Part shown: positions 1-13,950 of the stretch, piece after piece
How positions within the stretch are numbered: position 1 is the first letter of the stretch
Layout of the letters: each line of letters opens with the position of its first letter
Assembly (NCBI GenBank): GCA_030390025.1
Contig: CM059439.1
Span: 45,570,001-45,634,000 of the forward strand
Reading direction: 5' to 3'
DNA: 64,000 nt
DNA from: Squalus acanthias
Lineage: Eukaryota
The notes under the pieces: generated by a model
The model's input: only the letters and a program-made list of their open reading frames with translations
Databases searched by the model: none
What the model was told of the DNA's origin: nothing
Translations under genes and position numbers: made by a program

Positions 1-520
1 TGCCTGCAGCTCCAGCCAAGGTCTTGCCCCCACCAGGTTTAACTGGTTTGCTGGTGACTTGGCATTCAGCATGCCCCAAGGTCGAAAATGGCCTGGCACC
101 CTCCTCCCCACCCTTTTTAAATACAATAATGAAGTTTCCGCCTTCCACAAATCTGGAGTACTGTTTGCGGGATATATTACTGACTTACGTTAACATACCT
201 CAATCAAGCTTCAGCTTCACAGAACAGCAAAAATGAACTCACAGCCAAGTCCTTATTGAAGCTCATACTACAGGAAACAGGTTGCGCATTGTTGGACCAT
301 GTGACTCACACATACCCAACTAACCACACTCACAAATACAGTGGATGATAAACTAAATTGGGAAAGGTGGGAAGGGGGTGCTCTTTAATGTGTTCTCAGG
401 ATAGGCTGTTCTAAACAGCTCTGCCACGATGGACACAGGCAGAAGTGTGCACCTCAACGGATATATCATATCAACCCAATGTTCTTTAATTCTCATCAAA
501 TTTATCCCCTCCAATCTTGA

Positions 521-964
521 AGTGTCAGCCAGTGGCTCAGTTGGTAGCACCCTCGTCTCTGAGTCAGAAGGTTGTGGGTTCAAGTCCCACTCCAGAGACT
601 TGAGCACAAAAAAATCTAGGCTGACACTCCAATGCAGTGCTGAGAGAATGCTGCCCTGTCGGAGGTGCCGTCTTTCGGAAGAGACGTTAAACCGAGGCAC
701 CATCTGCCCTCTCAGGTGGGCATAAAGATCCCACGGCCACTATTTCAAAGAAGAGTAGGGGAGTTATCCACTCTGTCCTGGCCAATATTTATCCCTCAAT
801 CAACATAACAAAAACAGATTATCTGGTCATTATCACATTGCTGTTTGTGGCTGCCAGGTTTCCTACATTACAACAGTGACTATACTTCATTGGCTGTAAA
901 GTGCTTTGGGACATCCGGTGGCCGTGAAAGGCGCTGTATAAATGCAAGTCTTTCTTCTTTCTTT
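521..964 (+). mobile_element. tRNA-derived SINE, Deu-domain (SacSINE1/AmnSINE1-like), near full length
   Basis: A-box-like TGGCTCAGTTGG, B-box-like GGTTCAAGTC, central CTCTCAGGTGG..AAAGATCCC..GGCCAATATTTATCCCTCAA..CAGATTATCTGGTCATT, tail AAATGCAAGTC(TTTC)n. Related copies occur elsewhere in the window. Confidence 0.85.
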
Positions 965-989
965 CTTGAAAGCAGTGAATCATACTTCG

Positions 990-1225
990 ATATGGCCCCA
1001 TACCAGCAGCAACCCTCCCTATGTGTTCACTCGTGCCCATTCTTCACGTGGGAGTCTTGACAGTGTGTATCGACAGGCTATTCAATAGGTGGTGTAATCT
1101 AGTTATTACCTGTGTACAGACGTGTACAAGGGTCACTGGATAACAATCAGGAATGCCCAGCCCTGGGACGCTGAGATCAAATGCGGTGTCCCCACCCCAG
1201 TTCTCTAGATGAGATCAGCTAAGAG
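990..1225 (-). mobile_element. Old tRNA-SINE fragment (same family as 13556-13950)
   Basis: Reverse complement resembles 13620-13870 and 10040-10385; highly diverged. Confidence 0.5.
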
Positions 1226-2224
1226 ACAATGCCGTGTATTTGTCCATTAAGTCATTTTGGGAGTCCACTTACATTAAACTTAAACAAATCAGGGTTAGAC
1301 AAATAAAGCAACACAACATTATCACGTTACTTTACTCATCATTGGGCATATATGCTTTAATAATCCTGAAATCAGCTGGAGCGATATTATCTTGAAATCA
1401 CCATCATCCTTGCATTTCAGTATTTATTAATTATTGACCCACAGTTTTCTGTGTATGTGATACATTCATTGCAGGCAACAGGTCCTTCATGTAAACTAGA
1501 GCCAAGTCTTTTTCTTTCACATCCCCCTCCCCCCTCCACCTGACTGTACTTTTGGTCCTTATGAACCCTTTCATCTACTGAGTTTAAGCCATTCCCAGGG
1601 TAGCTACTGGGTTGAGTATAATTTGTCTAATTAAATTTAAAGAAGGGCTATTTTTACAGAGCGCTATTTCATCATCCCCCTCCTTGCACTTCACGCTGTG
1701 GCCTTTAATGAGGCTTCAAACATCACTTTAGCTCAGCTTTGGTTTCGGTTAAGATGGGCCGGCCTTGTTAAGACAGTCTTCATTTGTCAGGAAAAATTGC
1801 TTTATTGGGGTCATGGAATGCAAGGGCTTTGATTAAAGCTAATCAAGAAAAAAAACCTGGACCCAAAGCATGTTCAATTGACCTTTAGTAAAATCTATCA
1901 TTAGAACCCTCCTACAGAATCTTCCAGTTAAACACAGTCATAAATAATATCAGGTTTCTTTAGAGAGTCACAATTTACTGCATCTAGAAGCAGTCAACCT
2001 CCAGCTGCTCCCCCTTCTTGAGGAACTAATGGATAGTGAAGTGCTTATTCTTAAAATACTCTGATTGCATTTTTATCTGGGATAAGCAAACAATCTGAAA
2101 AGTTTTCAGTTAATTCATTGAAAACTGCAGTTCCCTGACTGCCTTCAGATATACCATCAGTTTGAACTAATCGTAGACTAAAAATGCTAATAAGGCGTTT
2201 ACCAGTAAAATAAAATATAGTGAA

Positions 2225-2670
2225 GAGTTCAGCTTAATGGTCTAACCTGAAACTTAAGCCTATTGTTCTGGGCTCAATTTTAACCAGTTAAAAACGACCA
2301 GGTTACTTACCTGCTCAAATGCCGATCATTTGCGACATTAACCTTTCGAAACATCCTACCCACCACTTCCATGGAAGCTGGAAGGGCAGCCAAGGACCAC
2401 CTGATCTTCGCCTGCGGGCAGCCACTCTGCGCCCTCTTCACACCGTTCCAGGTGGAAGATGGACCTGCGGCATTTAAAAGTGGCCCGATGGTTTCAAATC
2501 ACCATGGAGTCCTGCTGCCTCTGTCGGGTGGGAAATCAACTCTCCGGAGTGGTTTCACACCGGAAACCCACTTTGAGGTAAAATCAACCACTCTCTTTCT
2601 GATGCTAACTGACCCATTGCTTATTTCCAGCACACTCTTTTATTTCAGACTTTCAGCATTCACACTTTTT
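2225..2670 (+). mobile_element. Degenerate Penelope-type short repeat split by a GC-rich Harbinger-like MITE (about 2270-2590)
   Basis: Flanks ACCTGAAAC.. and GATGCT..CTGACC..TATTTCCAGCA..TTTATTTCAGA resemble the repeat at 34610-34750. The insert has inverted ends GGCTCAATTTTAACC and GGTAAAATCAACC. Confidence 0.45.
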
Positions 2671-3994
2671 CTTTACATCAATGCTGATAAGGTACAGGGT
2701 ATTTGGTTTGAAACAGAGCTATACAATGGTGTGATTAAAAAACCCAAAAATAATAAAATTAACAAACTGATAAATGATTTCATGATCTCATTAAAGAGGC
2801 TGACAATCTTTGAAGGTTTTTAATTAAAAATTTCTATTAATATTGAAATATCAAAATAGGTAATTTAAAACCCCAGGAAGAGGCTTGCAGGCTTCACGGA
2901 TATAACAACATCTTCTGATTGATACAGTTATTTCAAAAAATGCAGGTACAGTCATGCCAGAGCAGAATTTGCTGAACACAGAAGTATCAAAAAGATGCAA
3001 TGGTTTGGATACTGCTTGTTGATAGTTAGAGTGAGAGCACAGCTCAGCCTCCAGTGACATCCTACATGCAGCCACACTCCCGAATAAAGATTTAATTAAC
3101 ACTAAACTGCCAAAGCTTAAGAATTCTTACTTCAGTGTTAATACATCAGGACAATCTTCCAGCATATCTCCAGGAACTTGGAAAATACACAAGGATATCC
3201 TGCTCAGAACCTTTTAGTAACAAACAACTCCGTAACCACTGTGCATCTCTGACTGTGCAGGCAAATGAAAAATCTGCAGGAAATTAAACGGCAATAATGG
3301 AGAGGTGCTTGCCAATTGCAAGGTTTGATCCAAAAAGGTCTCTATTGTGTAACATAATTTCAGACTAGTAGACCCATAAATAAATACTTCTAATCTTCAG
3401 AAGAGGAACTTTGCATATTCTACTTACTACTGTAAACTACAATCACTCATAAAGGAAACTCAATAGGGCTGATTTTCCTCTCCCTAATAGTGCCCGCCCA
3501 GAAGTGGGTAGACTGCAGAGGAAAAATGGGCCTTAGTCCTTTGCTCCCATTCTCCCCTGAATTGCAATGAACACAAATTTCCTCTGTAGCTTTTCTAGTG
3601 CCTGCGCTTACAGAAGGTGCAGCAATATGTTCAATTTCATACCAACACCAGAGGCCCCCCCCTGCACACAGATTTCCTCGAATAGCACTAGGTGCAGTTT
3701 AGGGCCAAGCTGCTCCCCTCAAAAAAACCTAGCACTACTGATTTCACAGCTACTGTTTAGGTGCTATCTGTTTCAAGGGGCAGGCTGGTATTGTCAGGTT
3801 AAATCTTTATTTTTAGCTTTTTAAATATAAAAAAATGGTTTTGCTGCTCAGAACATTGTTAGTCTTCTATATAACTCTATATAACTCGCAGTTGCTCTTT
3901 TCTGAGCCACTAATAACTGTTTCCATACCACAGAGGCTGTTTTCAGTACTGCACCAAGCCCATTTTTACTGGCTCACATGGAGGCAGATGAGGG

Positions 3995-4926
3995 GACCTT
4001 CCCTCCATCATAAGGTCAGAAATGGGGATGTTCGCTGATGACTGCACAGTGTTCAGTTCCATTCGCAACTCCTCAGATAATGAAGCAGTCCGTGCTCGCA
4101 TGCAGCAAGACCTGGACGACATTCAGGCTTGGGCTGATAAATGGCAAGTAGCATTCGCGCCACAGAAGTGCCAGGCAATGACTATCTCCAACAAGCGAGA
4201 GTCTAACCACCACCCCTTGACATTCAACGGCATTACCATCGCCGAATCCCCCACCACCAATATCCTGGGGGTCACTATTGACCAGAAACTTAACTGGACC
4301 AGCCACATAAATACTGTGGCAACAAGAGCAGGTCAGAGGCTAGGTATTCTGCGGCAAGTGTCTCACCTCCTGACTCCCCAAAGCCTTTCCACCATCTACA
4401 AGGCACAAGTCAGGAGTGTGACGGAATATTCTCCACTTGCCTGGATGAGTGCAGCTCCAACAACACTCAAGAAGCTCCACACCATCCAGGACACAGCAGC
4501 CCGCTTGATTGGCATCCCATCCACCACCGTAAACATTCACTCCCTCCACCACTAGCATACTGTGTGTACGATCTACAAGATGCACTGCAACAACTTGCCA
4601 AGTCTTCTTTGGCAGCACCTCCCAAACCCGCAATCTCTACCACCTGGAAGGACAAGGTCAGCAGGCGCATGGGAAAACCATCACCTGCAAGTTCCCCTAC
4701 AGGTTACACAACATCCTGATTTGGATGTATATTGACGATCCTTCATAGTCGCTGGGTCAAAATCCTGGAACTCCCTTCCTAACAGCACTGTGGGAGTACC
4801 TTCACCACAAGGACTGCAGCGGTTCAAGAAGCGGCTCAGCACCACCTTCTCAAGGGCAATTAGGGATGGGCAATAAATGCCGGCCTTGCCAGTGACGCCC
4901 ACATCCCAGAAACAAATTTTAAAAAA
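3995..4926 (+). mobile_element. 5'-truncated CR1/L2-group LINE (RT C-terminus + 3'UTR), same family as 27390-30330
   Basis: ORF 4022-4555 contains the FADD RT motif, DLDDIQAWADKWQV and LGVTIDQKLNW. Sequence is nearly identical to 29392-30330 and ends in an A-rich tail. Confidence 0.95.
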
Positions 4927-4994
4927 GCAACCACAAGCCCCCTCGCAGTTGCTTTTTTCTGAGCCACTAATAACTGTTTCCATACCACAGAGTA

Positions 4995-5165
4995 CAATCG
5001 CCCCCTCCCCCCAACACCTCCTCCTCACCCTCCCCCAATCGCCCCCTCCCCCCAACACCTCCTCCTCACCCTCCCCCAATCGCCCCCTCCCCCAAAACCT
5101 CCTCCTCACCCTCCCCCAATCGCCCCCTCCCCCCAACACCTCCTCCTCACCCCCACCCTAATCCC
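4995..5165. repeat. C-rich minisatellite, ~4 copies of a ~41-bp unit
   Basis: Unit CAATCGCCCCCTCCCCCAACACCTCCTCCTCACCCTCCCC starts at about 4995, 5036, 5077 and 5117. Confidence 0.95.
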
Positions 5166-6684
5166 ACCGACTGTACACCTGTTCCGCACCACCTAGAATA
5201 AAAAGTGAAGCCTCACAGTCAAACCAGCACCCTCCTCCTATTTCTGTACCATCTGCATTCTCACGCTTGTTTACTTTGTTTTTCTACCGACTGCTCGGTA
5301 TCGTTTTGGCACCATCTTACCTGTTCCCAACGAGGCAGACGACAGGCGCACTCAGACTGATAAACATGAAGACTACCAACATGCAATTCAAAGTTTCTGG
5401 CACGCATGCATTAATTTAGGGACTTACTGTTCTTCATGACAAAGTTTTCAGATAAAAATCCTTCCCCATTACCTTAAAAAAACCAAAATCCTTCTAGCTC
5501 TCCCATGGGGCGTTACCCGTACCCATCCCTTTAATGGTGCTGGTGCCTTTAAGGCCGAGGGAGTACCCAGACTTCCTCCTGTCTTCTAGCTAATAGTATG
5601 CCCCCAAGTAGCACCTCCTTTATTTTAATTAGGCCCAAAAGTAAGTTTGGTCACTGTGGGCTCTACACGAATTGCTCCCAGACAACAGGAAGATCAGCCC
5701 TAATATCTGCTGCTTCTCAGACAATGTCATCTTCATAAAGAGGCTCAGTCATGTTCTGCTGCAAGATAGAAGGTTTTGCTGAGGGAGGGGGGGGGGAGAG
5801 TAAGGAAGTAGGAAATGGGGACTATTTTTCACTGCACCACTGGTTTGTCAAACCAGGAACCGAACCAAGATAGTACCTTGCATGACTACCCAACACAACA
5901 CAATACGTATGTCCGTATTGCTCTAAAGCATTAAACAGCAACTCATGTTCTCTGTTAGACCTATTTGTGTTCTCCCCCCCCCCCCCCCCCCCCCCCCCCC
6001 CCGCCCCCTTCAATTCAGAACACTCCTTGTAACCTTTCTGGAAACACTGAGCCAAAGTAAAGGAAGAATAAAGAAGATCTGCTCATTTGGAAAGAAAACC
6101 ATTAAAATCATTTATTTTAAAGCTGGAGAATCAAAATTTTTTGTTTGACTTTATTTGTGCCTACAACAGTACTACAAAACAAAAAGTGGTCTGCATACAG
6201 ATATTTTGATTTAGATTATTAAAAAATACATAAAAAGAGAGGATGACCAAATAATACAGCACAGTAGGTGCAGCAAGGATTTGATGCACTGTACAGTGAC
6301 AGAATATGTTGCCAATACCAGCAGGCTTGAAAGAAAATTAATTTTCAAAAGGACTAGACAGTGAATTGATTTAAGACATAAATTATGGCACTGGCTCTTC
6401 TACTCCTGAGGTCTGAGTGTAAATCCAATCTGGGAGTGAGGGATGAGTGTCCACTGTTCCTGACAGCTTTATAGTTATAACTTTAATGAATTGCTGGCTA
6501 ATACAGAACTACCTCAATTTAGAAATATTTGCATTGAAAGTCCTAGAGTGACCAGGAAGAGAATGAAAATTATCAGCCTGCGGTAGATAAACCAAACTGA
6601 GCAGTTAACCCTCCCATTCTTTTAGAATTAAAGTCTGTAGATCATTTGTCCTAGCTAATCCTTCACATCCTAGATCTACGATAA

Positions 6685-7867
6685 AGGGCTGCGAAATTGG
6701 AGCCTTTAATGCCGGCCGTTAAGGGTGGTTTGGAAGAAAAAATGGCGGCTGCCTTGCTTCCGACGTGGAATGCAGCAGCCACCATTTTGGGCAGGTTAGC
6801 ATCGCTGCTGTTGCTTGTGCTTGCTGCACATATTCAAATGATCCAGATCGTGACGACAATCGGCATGCAATGCCTGGATTGAAGCACGATCTGGGATTTT
6901 GGATGTCGCCGCTCTTAATAACACCCTCTCCAAACCACACATGGAAGAACATGCTTACAGCAGTACAACAGAGATGCTGCCAGCGCTTCTTAAAGGGACA
7001 CACACGACTTTCAGGTGAGTTTAGATTTTTGCTTTTGGACTGGTTTCGTTACATTTTATTGGAGTAGTGGCTTGGTGCAATACATTCAAAAAGTTGTTAT
7101 GTGCAGGGAGTGCTGCTGGACGTTTGTAAGGCTTTGGCTCTTAAAGGAAGGCCTCCGAGAACATCACTTGCATCCAGTCCTGGGGGCTCTTGTTGTAGTC
7201 CCCCTTGGGCTGCAGCATCACATGGAGATGGAGCAAAGGAGATAAGCTGCTTGCAGAAGGAGGAGGAAGCAGCAGAGAAGGAAGCAAAAGCGGAAAAAGC
7301 AGAAGAGGAGGAGGCAGAAGGAAGGATGCAACCCAGAATGCCCCTTTCTGTAGATAGCCAGAATTTAATCATCCGCCTACGGTACCAGTGAACACAACCC
7401 CAATTCCCCTTTCAACATTTGTCCCACACCTTACCTTCTCTCTGTTACTGACCATCACAGCATCCTCTTGGCCTGTTGAGCCATTTGTGTTAGTGCTGAA
7501 GCACTTTTAGAATTTTTGATCAGCAGGAGGCAGTTCACCTTTAAGAGGTGCAGACTACTTGTTTTTGAAGGAATTTTAAATATTTTTATCTGCAGAAGGC
7601 AGCTCAGCATTAAGAGCTGCAGACTGCCTTGCAGAGGTGCAGGCTAGCTTTAAGTAAAGCTAGCCTCGCTCCAGCGATGTGAACTTCGTCCCCCTGCTGA
7701 GTGCACAGCCGGTCAGCACTGCGTTTCGTGCTAGGCTGTGCGCTATAATCATGGTAATTAGCAGGCAGCATGAAATTGACATGCTGCCTACGCTTTTTGA
7801 ACGAGTGTGGGCATATCTCGCACCGCGGTGCCCGCGCTCTTTTTCCAGCGTTACTGAATTTCACCCC
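6685..7867. mobile_element. Degenerate non-autonomous Harbinger-like DNA transposon(s)
   Basis: GC/CpG-rich block in AT-rich DNA, with ends GGGCTGCGAAATT and AATTTCACCCC similar to other GGG..AAATT TIRs in the window. No intact ORF. Confidence 0.5.
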
Positions 7868-10039
7868 AAAGTATTTTGCAGTCCTTGGGAATACCCACTG
7901 GGCAAACTTACTCAGATCGTCAGACTTGTAACAAAAGCCGTAACATAATTGGAAATGTTGAGCTGTAAACGCAAATGATTTTTGGGTTTCAAAATCAAAA
8001 AGAGAGAAAATTGTCAAGAAAACGGCATACAGACAAACATCACAAGTTAATCAACTAATAATAAGTTACAAATTTATGAAATGAATTGACTTATTAGGAG
8101 GCAAAGTCAGGGTATATTACATATGTTTGGTATTGTGATCCATATCCTGTTCTATATTACATGGGTTATATTACTCTGATCATAGGATATATTTATGAAC
8201 TTCTGTTTGCTACTGGTGCTCGTTTGTATACTACCATAATAATTCTATAAATATTGGCACAAATAGGAAAACATAAACAAGCTGGGCTTTATTCAGAATG
8301 GTGTAAACACATTATCACACTGAACACACAATTAACCGGGAAGCTGTACCACTTTTACGATGGTTGATGTATTCAAGTATTCAATTAATCGTTTCAATAA
8401 CTGATAGAGTATTCAATTACTAAAATAAGCAGTTGGCACAGCCCGAGAACAAAGGCACTTTTCATTGTGAATGCTAAAAATTGGTGATCGCTACAAATAG
8501 CTAATTATATCCAGTGTAGGTCTGGGGTTAAGTGATTTTGAAATGAATACCTGTCCATTTAGCCAACAACAGTTGAGTGTGCAGTCTCCTGTTTGGATAA
8601 GAAAAGTGTCCAATTGTTAATGGTCATAGGGTGTTCTTCTTTCAGAGACCTCACCAATTTCTTCAGTCAGTAACATAATCAAGTATCATTAAAAAAGTAG
8701 TGCAAAAAAAAGAAAACCTTCTTGTCAAACTGAAATACGTTCAACAGAAACTGGCAAGCAGGATGTTGCTGTAAAGATTTACGGTCGGCTGTATTACAGC
8801 AAAGCTGTACAAGAATCACAGGTAAAGGTCCACTTCAGAATGACCGCTCCACTGACTCACACAGTATATTCTCCAATGGCAATCACTAAGCTCCTGATTG
8901 TTCACAATTTAAGTTACTAATAAGTGTCTACTCGAAGCATTGAAACACTCTGCGACCTTAGCATTCCAGGAGGGGGTTAACTTTGAGTAGCTTCCCAACT
9001 TTTCAGGCTTGCCATTGAGAATGATTGGAAACAAAATCGTAGCTCCCCTGCCACAGCAAAAAATAAATAATGTACTTTAGGCATTTGAATAGGACTCAGT
9101 GAACAGAGGGGACGAAGGCCAGCTCGCAGAAGTATTGGCTATGTCAAGTTTGCTGGGAAGGTTCCAGAACCCTACATCTGCTTGGCAACAACTCAGAAAG
9201 AGATAGAGTTACTCCTTCGTTGGTGCAGAGCTTTCCCAGGCTGCAATATATGAAAAACAGCTTTCTGTACATCAGGGAAGAGCCCAGCAGCACTGCATCA
9301 TACATATTAATCTCCCCACTCTTAAACAGGGCTTACTGTCACATGGTGCACTAAGTTTACAAGCACGTACCGCTGTCGTGTCACGTACTGCCCCAACCAT
9401 GTGATCTGTCTCAGTTTTATAATATAAACACTTTAACATCTTAGACTTTTACACAAATATGCTTAAGAACTTTTAGGAAAAAAATGACTGACACTAACAT
9501 ATTCAAAAAGTGACCCTGCTTATCTTACTTAGCTAAAATTTACCCCTCTCCTCAATAGCACGGTTTTTTTTAAATGCACAGTACAAAATTAACACTATTA
9601 TTTATTGTGCTCCTGCAGTAGTTTAGAGGAACGTGACCTGATTTAAGTATAATTGATCCAAATGTAAAAATCCAATGTTCAGAAATATCTCATTCACTCC
9701 TAGTTAGTAGAAGCCCTGTGTATAATCCCAATCCAAACACAACATTTCTATGAAATCTAGTTGAGTTCCTCAATATTCAATCCTATTTTAGACTGTTAAG
9801 CAAATACTTATTGAAATATCCCAGGCACAAGACACAGGTTCACGCCCATAATTCTCCCACACTGAATTCACAGGCAAGGAAAAAAAAAGAGGGAAACTTG
9901 CCCTGAGCTGCTCTACTACAACTTCTGGTGATCAGTTCCACAGCTACATCGCAAGAGGCCTGGAAGCAGGGCTTCTATCTGCCCTTTTGGCCAGGAATGA
10001 TATGTGGGCATAAAACTGGCTGGAATTCTCCTTGCCTCT

Positions 10040-10385
10040 TTCCTCACATACCCATCCTTTTGTGAAGGCAGCAATTCATGATGATGTGCAGCATCACAGG
10101 TGTTGGCAGCCTTTCTTTGCGTGTGAATCAGAACGGAGAGCGCTGCTGGTTACTCGACCATGGGGGCCACCACAGCAGAGTCTGATCCTGTCCTCTCTGG
10201 ATAACAATGAGGAGCAGGAACTCTGACTGATATTTTTACTTGACCTACTTCAGAGATGCTGAGGCAAGTTGTGATGTCTCCAATGCCGCCACAGCTGAGT
10301 TGGACGAACTTACCATAGATCAAGGATCAATCCAAGGATCTTCCAGGCCTGTATGGCTTACTATCACTTGATGCTAAGCATTTAA
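10040..10385 (-). mobile_element. Old tRNA-SINE (same family as 13556-13950)
   Basis: Reverse complement aligns by eye with 13570-13850 (CATACA..GGA..CTCAGC..GGC..GAGACA..CTTGCCTC). Confidence 0.55.
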
Positions 10386-12688
10386 CTAATTAATTGGTAG
10401 AGCAGCCTTAGCTAGAATTATTAACAAAGGTGGGATTTAAAATAAAAAATCAATCATGTTTGGGTTACAATATTTTAAATAAATTTCAGTGGGGTATTTG
10501 AAGTGTTTCACACGCCCAGCATTTATACTATGTTCGAACAGTAAACTCACTCCAAAGTTGCATTGCTTAAATAGCATGCAGCATGCTGCAATTACATAAT
10601 TATGCCAATGTAGCACTTCATACATGGTTTAATCTTCCCACTGCACACTTTGGTATAAAAATGCGGAAGCTTACGACTTAAAAAGGAAAAAGGCAACATT
10701 TTAAACTGTTCAAAATAAACAAACATTTACAAAAATATTTGGGTTTGTAGGACTGTATCCACACAGCAGCAGATTAACCATGGGCAGTTTCAGACCAAAG
10801 TGGTACCAAACCAGCAGTTCTGGTCTGTTTTAAACCAATTCAGACTACATGGAGAAGAATGCAACCTAATTGTACCATACACATCAAGGGACCAAATTGT
10901 GTTAAAAATCAGAGCTGCTCCCGTTCCCAATCTCCAACATAACCGAGGTCTGGAAACCAGATCCAGCCGGATTGAACTAATGCCCAACTCCACACAGGTC
11001 AAGAAAATTAGATGGGGAGAAGAGGAAATTCTGATGGAAAGGGTTAAGATGTTTTTTTTAAAAAACTATTCACTTCCGTGGGGAGTTCATGAAATGGCAA
11101 CATCCATTTCATTTTACCCCCACTTCCATAATCTTCCAATGTAAAAGAGCTGCTCTGCAATCACTAGAGACTCACGATCTACAAATACAGTACCTCAGTG
11201 TGACTTTGGATGGTTCTTTTCGAACAGCAGAAAGACATTTTCATTAAAGGATGGAAATCAGAAGATTGGAAAGTTTTAGCAACAAAGGTGTGAAGATTGG
11301 AACAAAATTGCCTTCATTACAGGAGCAGTATAAATGCCACATAACTGCTTGATTTATTAAACAGAGACTGAACACCATTCACACAAGGCTTTACATGACG
11401 CATTTTGATGGTTTTGGAACTGAACTATAGAAAACAACAAACAAAGATAATGCAGCTTTCATTTCTTTAAAATGAGCTCTGTAAAGGTCCAATCTGCAGT
11501 TATTGGAGCAGGGCACAAACTGACTTCATCAAAAGTCTCCTCACTGTCTTTTAGATGTTTTAATTTGTTAAGAGACCAATCAAAATGATGATTCCATCGT
11601 TCGTATCAGCTAACCAATGTAAAATGATAATCCACTGTAATATAGCTCTTTGCAAGATCTCAAATACTTTAATCACAACAGATTATATCAGTTTAACACG
11701 CTACTCGCTATGTGGGTGTTGGTACTGTTAACTATTTTTAGGTTAGAGTATTTTCCAATTTAGCTGCATCACTTCAGACTAGAGGTTTTTTTTGATGGTA
11801 CCCTTTAATCTGCTTTGTAATATGAAAGTTAGTAGCTGCTGGGGTGATATTAAATTCAGATAGGGTGTATCCATCTGATAATATACATTAGACAAACATC
11901 AGCTTAATTCTTTACTGAAGTAAGGAATATCAACTTTCAAGGTTAATCTTTTTACAGCAATATATCAAGATTGCACAATGGTTTTGTTTCCTCACAAGAG
12001 TACTGCTATTTAAAATGGTCTGTATTAGCCCAGCCAGTAATACTGCCAAAAATATTCATGTGCTGTGGGGGTGTTTTTTCTGCCCCATTCTGGGAATTAG
12101 AATAGTTTTAACTGACAGAATTTGCAGTAGTTTCAGAATGGAACACTACTATCTGTATTAAAAGATAACACTTATAGTACCACTGCGACAGGAGAGACCA
12201 TTTCTGGCAAGAAAAGGTCATTTATATTGACAGATTAGGTTTCTGCAGAATGAGTGCGCCATTCTGTAGGTTCAAAACAGATTCGATTTAAAATACTATT
12301 AAACAAAATCAAAAACTGTGCACACCATTCTCCTTTGTGTATCTGTCAGTTCACAAAAACATGGCGATATTCAAGAACAAAACCAGCAGCAGCACTAAAG
12401 CAATTAGCTCTCCAGTTTTTTTTATTATTTTATAAACAGGTCGAGCATGGTGGGACTCCCCATTAAAGGGGCTGGGGCAGGAAAATCATTTTAGAAGTAT
12501 CATGATATAATCAACAATCCCAACTAAATGGAATATTATTTAGGTATTTCCCCCAGAAACCTGCAACTTTGCCCAAGAAAACAAGGCTTTGTTCTGATTC
12601 TTCGTAACCCATGGTGGTTGAGCTAGGAAGGTTATGATGTGACGGGAGATCCAAATGGTAGTATAGCTGCTTTCATATAATCGCAAAA

Positions 12689-12866
12689 GGGGGAGGATTT
12701 CTTCTGGTCACTATAAACGTAGTAGGAAGATTTCCTCTGATCACTATTTCTTGTAAAATTGTAAGCATGTTCTTTTAGAATGTATTTACAATTTTGCTAT
12801 AAAATAACAGAAAATCTTCCCACTATATTTCACTAACGCATAGTGACGAAGGGAAATTCCTCCCCC
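12689..12866. mobile_element. Hairpin MITE with GGGGG termini
   Basis: GGGGGAGGATTTCTTC..GTCACTAT pairs with ATAGTGACGAAGGGAAATTCCTCCCCC. Inner pairs are GGAAGATTT/AAATCTTCC and AAAATTGTAA/TTACAATTTT. Confidence 0.8.
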
Positions 12867-13555
12867 ATGTTAATTGCCATCTTGCTTTTCCAAAGGCTGT
12901 TTTGTTTTTAAAAAAGAACTGTTGTAAGGTGGGATCTATGTTGTAATCTATGTTTTTTGACCTGTGCTAAATAAACAGAGTATCTGCTCTTTAGGCAAAA
13001 TGTAAGTCAGTCCCAATTTACATTCTCCAAGCCTTAAGCTTACCTATCTGAAGTTGTTTGTATGATAACAGTAACCTTTCAGCAAAATAATGTTCTTATT
13101 AGGATACAGAGCCTATAAAATATCCTCAACTAGAACTCTATACACAGTGATATAGACCCGTCAGACAATGGAATGAAAGCTCTCCAGATCTGGCACTGTA
13201 TGAGCAATTTTGTGTGGCTGCAGTGATGAATAAGTCATAATTATGTACAATTAATCTGTTAATAATTGATAAGATTTGAGGTAATTAAAGATTTATTAAT
13301 CACTTTTAAATCAAGCTCGTTCCATTTCTGGCAAAGATGATGAAATCTGTTCCTACCCTTTGGGCAGCACAGCAGCTTTGAGAGTTCAGATCTGGCTTCT
13401 TAACCAGATGGCCACAGGTTGGCGTCCCTAGGCCATCGATTTGTACTTATCACAAGACCGGCACTGACTTGGGTTCATGGGACTGAAAATTCCTATGGGC
13501 CTCCATCTTTTACAAACTGTACAAGGCCAATTGGACTACATTAAATGTTTAAGCT

Positions 13556-13950
13556 CTTCTAATGGCTCAGCTGGTTAAAGCAGTTGAGTCATACAATCAG
13601 GAGGGCCCCGGGCTCATTACCTGCTCTTTGCTGATTTAGCCTAGCTCAGCCAGGATGGTGGCAGAGACACTAAAATTGGCCTTGGTGTACCTGGCATAGG
13701 AAACAGAAATTCGGCCACAATTCCCTCTCGTAGTGGCAAACCAGGAACCCCTATTGGAAGTGCAAGTGTGGACATGGCAGAAGGACACGGTCAGATTTGG
13801 CTAGTATACCTCCAATGGTCAAATAATATGCCGACACTCATTGTTAAGTATCACACTTAAAGAGTGGTCACTTGGTTGAAGCAGAAGGATAGTCACCTGG
13901 GCAAGACACCAGAGAACAATGGACACCATGCAGCTGTACCCAAGAGAGGA
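13556..13950 (+). mobile_element. Old tRNA-derived SINE
   Basis: A-box TGGCTCAGCTGG at the 5' end; diverged relatives at about 990, 10040 and 37872. Confidence 0.6.

Noticed and set aside
4681-5161. Gly/Arg-rich and Pro-rich ORFs (152 aa and 94 aa)
   Set aside because: They are translations of the minisatellite and LINE tail, not genes.
5974-6002. Long poly-C/poly-G homopolymers (also about 30989, 32481, 44208, 50640)
   Set aside because: Simple repeats with length prone to sequencing error; no evidence of function.
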